From: Selaginella moellendorffii
Lineage: Eukaryota; Plantae; Lycopodiophyta
Length of the DNA stretch: 64,000 nt
Direction: 5' to 3'
Assembly (NCBI RefSeq): GCF_000143415.4
Contig: NW_003314421.1
Coordinates: 87,842-151,841 of the forward strand
Shown here: piece by piece, positions 12,473 to 23,500 of the stretch
How positions within the stretch are numbered: position 1 is the first letter of the stretch
How the letters are laid out: every line of letters begins with the position of its first letter
Made by a program: the position numbers and the translations under genes
Notes under the pieces: generated by a model
Told to the model about the DNA's origin: nothing
Database searches by the model: none
The model's input: the letters and a program-made list of their open reading frames with translations, nothing else

Positions 12473-13017
12473 GGTGCTGGAAGGATCGCGAGGGGGAAGC
12501 GTTCCAGGTCTGATCTGGAAGGTGTGAAGCCAGACAGGGCCACATTATCCACGGGCTTCTAAACCTTCTTGGAAATCAGGAAGGCTTTGCCTGCGAAGTA
12601 GTTCTCCAGGAGGTCAGCCTCCTGATCACTCTTCTTGAACCCAGGATCACACTTGCAGCACCGATTTCTTCGAGAGGAGCTCAAAGGAATGAATGCCACA
12701 TCATTTGCATTGTTTTTTCCTTCCTTTTCTTTTGCAGCCTTGAACGGACAAAAGGTAAGTTGTGTACACGTTCAGCAATGAGTTTCTAGAAAACGCATGC
12801 CTGGCAATGCTCAAGACATGCTGCAAAATGAGCCCGGGTAGGTTTTGAGCTCATGAGCTCACGAGCTGAGCTCATGAGTTCTCAAACACAAGGAAAACAT
12901 TGGTTTTTCCGGAACCAACATCTTTCCATTTTTCAAATTTTGATTTAATCTATATTTCCGAGTAAATTCGATCAATAAAATACAAATATAAATATAGATC
13001 CGAACACCAAAAGTGAT

Positions 13018-13846
13018 CTAGAAACACTTCTCAAGCTCTGCAATTGTAAGGCTTGCCTGATAGATGTGATGGTCGACCTTAGGATCTTGGTTTAGTTCCT
13101 GCATAAAAATGTAATAGATGTGCTTGCAGGCTAAATATACCTTTCTCCTGTTCTCCCTCTATGTAAAATCTGGACAGGTACAGGATGGATTTTCGCAGAT
13201 TTTGATAGTGTAGCTCATACCCTTTGACGACTCAGTCACAACAACAAACTCCTTAGCCACGGCACTAATGTAGTTTATCCTTGTGATTGTGCATTTCAAT
13301 GCCTTTGCCAGCTTGATCTTCTCTTGTGCACCTTTTGAAATGGAAGACCTATATTGTATAGCCTTCCCATTTCTAGCTGGTCATGTATGCCGATCTAGTG
13401 TTGACATTGGTGGCATAGCAATATCAATAGCAACATTTGAGGAAGTCTTCAGCTTGAAACCAGCTCTCTCTAGACTTTCAATCTCTTCTTTTAAAAGATT
13501 GTAGCTTCGCTCAAATGGCCACTCCTTTGGCACAGAATCTGGCTTCGAGATAATTTCTAGCTGGTATCCAACATGCACTGCTGCTCTGCTCTGCCTAAAC
13601 ATCCATCCCGTGGAAGAAAATAATACATTTTTGCATCGCAACATGCTTGACAAATAGGTGTTGCCCCGCATTTGCGACATCTAAACCCTGTAACAACCTT
13701 ATCACGCCTAGGGGGATTGATTGCTGAGCCTTCAAAGAAACACATATTCTTGCCATGATAAAAAATGCATTTCTTAGTGACACATTGAAGCTGTCCACCA
13801 CAATGGACTATGGACACAGATCCGTCAAAATGGGAGAAGTGGGTTG
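13018..13846 (-). pseudogene. 3' part of GCM-like/SWIM zinc-finger gene (putative Mutator-related transposase remnant)
   Basis: SWIM motif ICENPSCTCPDF..YLACKHIYY, plus Cys-rich HCGGQLQC..CRKCGATPIC..AAVHVG. Joins in frame with 26770 onward once the Sola-like insertion and one TSD are removed. Confidence 0.7.
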
Positions 13847-15376
13847 AAGCTCTATTTCGTTAAAGTGGGATTTATTAAGTAAAATGGGACTAGGTACAAA
13901 TTTTCAAGTATTTGAAAATGACGTGAAATTATATGTTTTTTGTCTAGGGGCTAGACATATCTGGGGCATGGTGACTAGCGCGGTGACTTTGTGTCCAGAC
14001 TGAGTCCATCTGGTTGTATAATAAATCTCATTGTCAAGGTGAACAAGCCGAATCTGAAGCTAAAGAAGAGCGATGGCATGCGCACACACATTATTTGTTT
14101 GTTCATTGAGCGTGTGGTGAGCTTTCCAAGATGAACGTCATTCCTATTAGCTAGACATATAACTTAATGGTGAGAACATTTAGATATTATTCAATGTTAT
14201 CTTTTTCTAACGAATTTAATTGTGAAGGTGTAGCAAGAGGCATTGCTAGTCTGGAGAAGTCGTTTAACTCATTTGACCCTTAGTGTATTTTCATGAAACT
14301 AAATAACATTCATATTATTAAGGAATTTCTCTAGTACCTTTTTTTTACGACATAGAGGCTTGCATTTCTTTCAAAGGTGATTTAGTAAAAGGCCTGAGGG
14401 CACATGCCATTCTATTTCTCAGACCGGTATTAAGATATACTAGTGCAAAGGGAAAAAGGTATTTGGTGATCAAGTAAATGGCATGAGGGCACACGCCATT
14501 ATAAGCCTAAGTGCTAGTGGACACCTCCTTTTTGGTACTCTCAGCGGTACTATCATCCTTCTCCGGGTCAGTTGTTTTGCTTTGGATTGTTGTCTCTGAC
14601 GTTACTGGGGCGTTCTCGATAGTTGTTAATGTTGCCGTTTGTTCAGAAAAATGATCACCTGGAGTATAGTACGGGGAGTTTGGAAGACTTATATATTTTA
14701 CATCTTCACCTATCTCCTTCTCCGTCTCCTTTTCTGCCTCACTTACAGATTTTGTGCTTGCCATGAGAACGCTCTTCACCCTAAAATATGGAGTTCGTTG
14801 TGTTATAAAAGGAAACCAACACACACGCTGCAAGGGAATGATGGTACAATAAATCTAATAATATGGCGTGTGGCCCATATTATTAGATTTATGCACGTGT
14901 GATTGGTAAATGCATATGTCACATCATCTTTGTTTTACCTCACACACTATATCAGGCCTAATGAACCATATCACATGTGCGCACATGCTATATATATGGA
15001 GAAGTATTATGCAAGGATAGAAAAATTCAATGCATGATTGTGGAGAGCAATGGCATGAAGCCACATGCTAAATAACATTTTAGAGAAAGAATTAAAATAA
15101 AAACATGCAAACAGTACTGAGTGGACCAAGACTTAGAAGTGCACAATTGAATGAGGTATTTCTAATAAATATTTCACTCACCTCATATAGGAATGGCTAC
15201 CACTCTCAAATGGCGTATCGCCTCATGCCATCACCTCGCAATTTGTTATAACAATCCGATGAATTCATATTCGGCTTGTTCACCTTGAACTTTAAGTAAG
15301 ATTTGCTAGAACAACTAAGAATTTATACTTGTTATTTGTATCATCTCACCTAGGAATGGTGTAAGGCCACATGCCA

Positions 15377-18275
15377 TCACGCCTCCTCTGATTCAGATTC
15401 GGATTGTTCACCTTGAAATAAAATACATTAGAAACTTAGTAAAGGAATATTAATGAATCTCACCTTGAACCCGGGTTATGAATGCTCTTGCTGCATCTTT
15501 TGCATGGTCTGGCAAGGTGATGGTGGCACTCTGCTTCCGCATCCAACCATGCACAACATTATCCACCGATATGCTCATGTTGGGATCCCTTGGATTCAGC
15601 ACCCATCTCTTTTCTAGGCAATCCTTCATATATCCGGAACTTGGCTTGAACCACTCCACAGTTACATTGAAGGAGTTAGTTTCCGCGTCCTCCTCTGCAT
15701 CAGTGATGCAGCGCCCCACCCATATCATTTGTTTTTTTTTACTAGGTCTGACAAGCACGACCATTCCTTTGCAGACCTGTACTGGATTGAATGCTGAATC
15801 CCGCTTCTTGTTCCTCGGCCCACAATAGTGATCCTCAACATCGTTATCTGTCACTGCATTTCCAAAGGACATTGTTCCGCTACTATCTGGTGCTCTGGGT
15901 TCTGGCCAAAAGGACTCTTCCAATTCTTCATATACAACCGGCCCATTTTGGATAGCAGATATAATCTTCTCCCAGTATTCGAGAAAAGGCTTGCACCTCT
16001 GAAAATAGGATTCTCCACCAAACACCAACCCCCTCTTCCAGAAGGCAATATGCTGTCTAATCCCGGCCACTATACTTTCCTGGTCTTTGAGTCCATCCGG
16101 GTGCATCGGCCGTGGGGAACCCTGAGGAATCATAGGTTCCCCAGTTATGGGATTTCTCTTGAAGAGTTCAATGCCGTCCACTGGCAGCCACACTATGTCC
16201 CATTCTCTCATCTTGTACCTCATCACTGGAGCACCGTCACGCATGCTGAAATGAAACTGAAGAGGCTTGGAGTGGCCAATCAGCGTTTCGGATCCGTCCC
16301 TGATGTAGCCTCTTACAAACCCCTTAAAGTCTGGAACCTCTGTCACAAGTGCAGCTTCAACAATGCCTTTGATGCAATTTTGGAATTCATCGTAGAGTTG
16401 TGGGAGGGTGAGAACATTGGATCGCCGGAGGGACTCTGCCAGGTGACTGAACATGGCATCAATGTCTTCATGAGTGTGCCCAACCATGAGAAAGACAAGT
16501 ATAACCGTTTCAAATATGCCTTTGGCAACAAGCATCGCCAAGTACGCGAAGACGTACATGTTTTTGTTCTCACTGCCAGCATTGTCTGTTTGGAGCAGAA
16601 GATGGGGTGGAAGGCCACATCGGCCGCAAGAACTTCTTTGAGATTCTGCTTCGTTTGGATGAGGCTGTGCATTCACCGGGTGACCAGCCTCGTCGGAATG
16701 GCATGAGGCCTCATGTGATAACCCTACAATCTGACGGCCAACATATTCATTGGGATGGCATGGGGCCCCACGCGATACTACAAGCCTTTGCTCCTCCTCC
16801 AGCTGAACCCTGTATGGGGTTCGATCGACAAGGGCCTTATGCAAGGGTTGGCCGTTCAGCTCAGTCTACGCACTTTGCAGAGACCTTAAGTGTTTTGCTA
16901 GGGACGCAATCATCATGTTTGCACCCCCGCCACCCCATAGAGGTTCAAAGAAGTTCCCATAGTTCTGGGCACCATGCCCATGAGCGATTATGCCAAACAG
17001 AGACACAGGCAGTTGCATGGATGAAGAGATTGCCTTGGGGGCAGGATTGAGTCGAGGTAAGCACGTCTTTTTCTGGTCCATTTTGTCGTGGATGATGCAG
17101 AGGTAAGAGTCAGGTCTCTCCATGGAGAGAATCCTATTATGATAATATGCAGTCCTGCAGCTTCTCTGCTCGATGTTGTGGTCGAGCCGCCTTTTAACCA
17201 ACGTCTCTCGCTCTTGAGCGATGCAAGAATTCTTCGACAAAGCCATTTTGATAGCAGTGCACTCGTCACACTTTGAAAAGCTGGAGTACTTTCCTATACT
17301 CACATCCCTGAACCTGTTGCTCCACAATCTACTAAATCTAGATTGGCTCATCTTCCTGTAGCCATTACTCTGGAGTTCCCGATTCACATCTTCCAATATG
17401 GCCCCCTTGGTATACATGGAAGGGAGAACTCGTTGGGTGTCTCGTGTTCCATCTTCCAAGAGGCGGGTTTTATGTGGTTGCTGCTCGCTACATGTCTCGA
17501 CAAACCTCTTGAAGATTGCCTCTCCATATACAACATGACCCCTGGTTTTGTGAGTACCGTCGTTCCCATGGACTGCCTGTTGAACCCTTTGTTCCTCGAA
17601 CTCAGTTTTGATTCTGTAGAATGTGGTTTGAGGGACTCCATAAATGATTCTCCATGCCTTCATGCAGACCAAACCCCTCTGGAAGACCATGCCCCCCACC
17701 TGATGTTCTGAAGCATCAACAGATGACCGTAATGCCTCATACACAAAATTGCGAGCTGCCTTCCAGGACAATGTCTTGTATCTTGCTCTCTCCTCTTCAA
17801 TAGCATCCCAATCAGCATGTTGACAGCACCTCCTCTTGCAACAAGCAACTCTCGAGACCATTCGAACCTCCATCGCCATTTTCTGCCTTTTCAGTTCGTT
17901 GCTCAGATCCCTTTGGCTGCGCTTTAGGAAGGTGTACTTTCTTTTCCCATGAAGAGATGTTCTGTCATCAGTTGTAGTGGTGTTTGATTGTGAATCCTTC
18001 ACATTCTCAAACACTAAGTGCCTCAATTTCCACCGCACAATGCTTCCAATAGTCAGACTGTTTTCTTCTGTGTCAACAACCTTTAAAATTGCAACTCCAA
18101 TATCATCCCAGCCCAATTCTTGATTAGCAACCGCATCTCTTGGATCGACAATTGTGGCTAAGCCCTCAGCTACCACCTCCCCCTCGGGGTTGTTTAGAAA
18201 CACCTTTGCCTGAATCCATGTAGCACGGTTCTTAAGATCCACGGAGGGAACATGCGTCGCACTTGCGGAGGCCAT
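15377..18275 (-). pseudogene. DUF7869/Sola1-like transposase of copy B (in-frame N-terminal deletion, one premature stop)
   Basis: ORFs 16866-18275 and 15450-16844 are near-identical to copy A. TAG at 16866 corresponds to CAG in copy A, and the first N-terminal repeat domain is deleted. Confidence 0.85.
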
Positions 18276-20515
18276 TCTGAAAGTGCAGAAAAGAAGTTAA
18301 GACCATACAAAAAATGATTGGAGAATGGCCTAAATCATAACATACCAAACAACCTCAATAGCATGAGGCCACATGCCATTATTCAAACATGCTATTGACA
18401 CCCACGTGAAATTTCGCATTCACAAAATTGGCATGAGCCCTCATGCCATCTTGATAAACACACAGCTACAGGCAGGTAAAGAAACTATTGGCAATATGCT
18501 AGTGATGAACTTGCAAGCCCCAAGATGGCATGAGCCCTCATACCATTAGTGGTACCGTAGTGCCGCTCGCACCACCGCAACTGCTCGTAGTGCCGCTCGC
18601 ACAAACTGCCACTTGCATAAACTGCCGCTCGCAATGGCGCTCCCAATGCCGCAACCGCTCGTAGACGCATAAACCACAGCTCACAACGCCGCTTACACAA
18701 GCAGCGCTCACTGCGCTCAGCGGAACCAAGAACACGGCGCACAAAAATGATAGACCTAGGAATGAGTTCGAGAATTCAAAAATAACACACGCTTGAACGT
18801 CACATCAAATCCTTTGACAAACAAGATCTTATGATTCCTTTGACAAATTTCAAACTGAGTAGCTTCTAGACTTTGCTGTCAGACGTTGAACTTTGTCACA
18901 TCATGTCCTTGCCTCGATCCAGCTGTGCCATGTCAGTGATTCGAACTTTGCCATGCCATGTCAGCGATCCGCGCCAAGATTATTCGCCGTGTAAATGAAT
19001 AATTATGCTGTGTGTGTACGTCCATTTATGGCAATATAAGGCCACACGCCATTCAAAGAATAATGCTAGTCGAGCATTTTTTGGTGCATTTTTGGGTTCA
19101 AAATTGCATGAGCCCACACGCTATAAAGTTTATCTGTACCAAAAATAAAAATAGCTTTATTTACTTGGGAATTTAAGTGGTTGAGGCATTTTTAAACTTA
19201 CAAACACCCTACTTACATTCCTTTGGTTGCTTAAAATTCAAAAATATTATAAACCTTTCTTTTTGCATTTTCAATGTTTTCAATTATGGTTTTTGATTTT
19301 CGCAGGACCAGCCTAGTAATCTATTTGCATCCCGTCATGTTTATAGCTAGCTTTCGTTTGTCCCCTTCGCTAGCTTGAGATACATCTGCTCGGCATCTGC
19401 CTCTTACAGCATTTGCCCAGAAAGGGCATCTTTCTTCACGCAGCATTTGCCACATATTTAGGGAGGGTTTAATTCAGTAGCTTGATAAACATGCAAATAC
19501 AGAACTTGATGCAAAATCCTTTGATATGTCACAATGCCCCTAGGACCATAAACACATTTCAATAGAGAGGGTCCTTTCATTTCATAACTCCTTACGTAGA
19601 TCTTGGTGAAACCAGAGTTAATGAAGTTGGTTTCTTGTGATCCCGCATTTGATTGTGATGTCCCTTTGCAGTGTCGATGGAAAGGTCAATGCACACCAAA
19701 CTGTAGAATCTTGGAGGAAAATAACGGTCGGATCTATGGCAAATGCCCCTGAAACATTGTAAGGCTCGTGTGGTCTCATGTGGTGTCCAATCGAGATGCT
19801 TCTTTGCAGGGTCATCAAGAAGGACATTGTATACCATTCTTTATTTAGCTGAACATTTGGCATTTTTGGAAATACAAGATGCTTTGGAATATCCAATCAT
19901 GCATGGTATAAATATAGCGAGGGTATGAAATGATATCCCAATCATGATCTTTCTTTTGGATTTCGCGTGCATGCAGTCCGAGGAATGATGACGTTGCGGA
20001 TTTCTTTCGGATTTCACATGCATGCATGCGCGCGGCGATCCAGAAATTAATGGTGGCGCCCAAGTCCGAGGAATGATGACGTTGCGGGATTACCAACCGT
20101 CGTAACATTTCACGCGTGTGAGGTTAGGTTTTGCATTTTGCTTCGTACTCGCACTCGCACACTCGCGCTCGCATCGCGCTCCCACTCGCGATCACGCTCA
20201 CATTCGCGCTCATCTACCTTCTCTACAGGTTTCTCATGTGCATCGGCGTGTACTCGCGCTTGCATCACACTTGCGCTTGCATCGCGCTCGTGTGCATCGG
20301 CGTCCACTTCAAAACACACCCAGTTTGTAACTTCGCCGCCAACTCCGCCGCCCACTCCGCCACCCACACGCAGCCCACTTGGCGTCCCGGGAGATTTCAG
20401 CGCCACTCTCCAACTGTAAGTGGCAGAGTAGCCTTGCTGCTACGATCCGCTGCACACACAGTGCACATTCGCCAGCGAGTCTGGCCTCGATTGTCACGCC
20501 TCCATTCGGCTTCAA

Positions 20516-23500
20516 ATGGTAAGTCTTTTAGGCCAAGTAGAAAATGGCATGAGGCCACATGCCATTCAGTAGCAACATTGGCATGCACCGATTGGGCTCT
20601 CGAGTGCAGTCCGGTTACAGATGGCGTGTAGCCTCACGCCATCTTAGGATGCAGCCTCAAGACATCTGATGCAGTGGTGAATGGCGTGTGGCCTCATGTT
20701 ATTTCCAGCTGCTAGCTTTTCATCTGTCAGCTCTAATTGTTGTGCATTTCTGAACAGGCGAGGAATTGCGTTCTTCTTCCAGCCACTGTCAATGTGGATG
20801 CAGAGAAGGGGGAGGAGCTCACCAGTTGGACTTTCGGGATGGAAGGCGAGGATCTGAGGCTGTACAACACAGATGGTGGGAGAAAAGAATGCATGGGGAT
20901 CCTCATCCAAGTGACAGACACTCCATGCAGTTCCATGCAAGAATATGGACTGGCACTTGTGGTAGAGACAACGTCCGCCTTCAAGATCCACCTTGCACAT
21001 CCTAGCGGCTTCCCGGAGGGGGGCAGCGGCTATGAGGAATTCCTAGAGGGAGCTAGGAAGAGGTTGTCCAGGAGGCCCACAATTTCAAAGATGCTGCGAG
21101 TCTATGAAGATCACATGGAATCCACGGACCTCACCTACGACGATGTTCAAAAACTATATTCCAACATTGAGCCGTTGAGAGTGACTCCAGTTCGCGAAGC
21201 GAAGGGGAAGGGGGTCGATCTGGAAACTACCCCGAAGCAGAAAAGGGTGGTCAAGCTCAAGCCGACGTCTGACTCTCCTGCTCCAAAAAAGAAGCTACTC
21301 GGTGATGCCATTGCCTCAGGTTCGAACACTACACCCACCAAAAAGAAGAGCCGCAAAGAGCAGAAAGAGCAAGAAGAGGTAGCAGAAATCGTCGCAGATA
21401 ATAGTACTTATTACTATTCCAACAAAGTATATACAATCGACATGAGCCACATCGACATCCAAAGCAAATACAACCACAAGCTAGTATCTGATGAGTGGGT
21501 GGAGAAACTGAAGCAGAAGATGCTGGCAAGTCCAGTAACACCCGACATCGCAGACGTGATCCCCTACTACCGAACAATGAAGGGCAAGACGAGGTTTCCA
21601 GACTTGATCAATAGGAAGGTGTTGGACGATCAGAACATCCGGTTCTATGCCGTCTCCGGGCAGCATTCTAGCTTGGCGATGCAAGAGATAGTTGTGGATA
21701 TTATGGTGGGCGAGGAGGTGAAGAAAGTCTTCAAGACAAGAGTTGTCCGCATGATAAAAGGCAACTCGCCCCTCCGATCTATCATATCCATCTCCCACGC
21801 GCAGAATGTCAAGCAAGAAACGTGCTACAAATCGGGTCTGCACGAGACATTGGCACAAACACGGAAGCTCTGGGTTCAACTGAAGAAGCCACAAAAACCA
21901 GGACAAGGACGTGCACTAGCAACTAGCGCCTGGCAGGTAAGCCTCGTTGCATGTGGCATAGCATGTGGCCTCACGCCATTTCCATTGCAGGAATTCTCGA
22001 GTCTTCTCTCGAAAACACTGGGGGTCAATGACACACTCAGCATCCATAACATTCTACTCGCGACAAAAGTTGTTTTTGACAAATGGGTAGATGTGCTGAG
22101 GAGGTACCATGACGGGGAGTTGCTAAACTCAATGGGTGTGGAGGACGGCCGGAAGCCCAATGATTTGAAGCTCAACGCCTTGCGTTTCTCGCGGTCTCTA
22201 GACGACGACGACCTTCTGACAGTGGCTAATGCTCTTCTACGTGGTGAGGTAGTCTTCAACAAGACCAAAATGACTTCCGGCCATATTGTGACATACGAGG
22301 ACTTGTGCACGACTCTGAGAGCTTGTGCGCTATTGAAGGATTGGATCTTCGAGCAAGTGGCCGTGGAGAGGGTGAGCATCGACACCACGCAAGAGATGAT
22401 GGAAGAGCTGGAGTTGTCAAATGAAGACATCGACGAGTACGTGAAGGGGGCCCCCAAGTTCATCGATCTGCTGCGGGATGCCACGAAAAGTAAAGCTGAG
22501 AAGTTGGATCATCATCCAAATTTCATTAAGAGGGATGTCGACCGCCGGCTTCAGAAACAGCTCGACCCCGCAGCAGAGGCCTATTGAGAACCTTACCGGG
22601 TATACGTGAATTCGGATGAGGATCAAAGGTGGAGGAGCTTCCGACTCCAAGGGCAAATGCGTTGTCGAGTACAACTGCGGCGGACTATTCTTTCGAGCCG
22701 CACTACTCAAGGGTGTCCCGTGTGTTGCGGTGACAAACTCCATTGAAGAGGTGACTTCAATGGAGCATATAATTACAGTTGCCAAAGAAAAACAGTATCT
22801 TCTCTGCGAACCTGGTGAGTACGCACTTTAAGTTTAAATGTTATCTCACAAGCTTTGTATGCAGGAGCGTGGCCACCCCCAGATGTTGAAACGGCGTTAA
22901 CAGCTACTGTTGAAGATACCCATGTTGGGCCGAGCTCACAACCTGCACAAGGTAAGGTCACGTGAGGCCTCACGCCATTTTGATTATAGATCGTTGTGAA
23001 TATTCAGACACGAGGACTGAAAAGCGCACTGGTGGTGCGTCGAAGAAGGACAAATAGACAAGCAATAGGAAAAAAGGAGGTACAAATTATATTTGCAATG
23101 GCGTGTGGTCTCATGCCATTCCTTGCAGGAGACACTTCTTCAAAGGCAAAACAGGCAAGCACCAGCCAAGTACAACGGACGAGAGGTACCAATCATTTTT
23201 GTTATACGTGAATTCTCATGCCATTGCTTCTTGCAGCTCAAATTCCAAAGAGACTAGGGCAAGCAGCACAGACCTCACGACAAGAACCTGAAGGTTTGAT
23301 GGCGTGTGGCCCCACGCAATTAACTAATGTTCTTTCAAATCGCGTCGAGGAAATCAAACGGAACAACGTGCCTCCAGTGGAGGAGGGGGAGGCCTCGGAG
23401 AGTGATAAGGAGAGTTCCGAAATAGGTACGATCATGACATATGGCCCCATGCACTTATCTAAGTTTGTATTTCAGGGGAACGAGTTGAACCAATGGAAAA

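Noticed and set aside
13848-13851. AGCT as the TSD of the Sola-like element (AAGCTT target)
   Set aside because: AAGCT is present at all three ends and so belongs to the TIR. GTTG is duplicated outside it, and only that reading restores the interrupted frame.
15828-16706. 292-aa and other antisense ORFs over the transposases
   Set aside because: Shadow frames of the real coding strand; broken in the other copy.
1-20234. Giant palindrome, foldback element with 7-kb TIRs, or assembly artefact
   Set aside because: The arms differ by substitutions and indels, end at a 24-bp TIR, and copy B has its own TSD, so these are two insertions.
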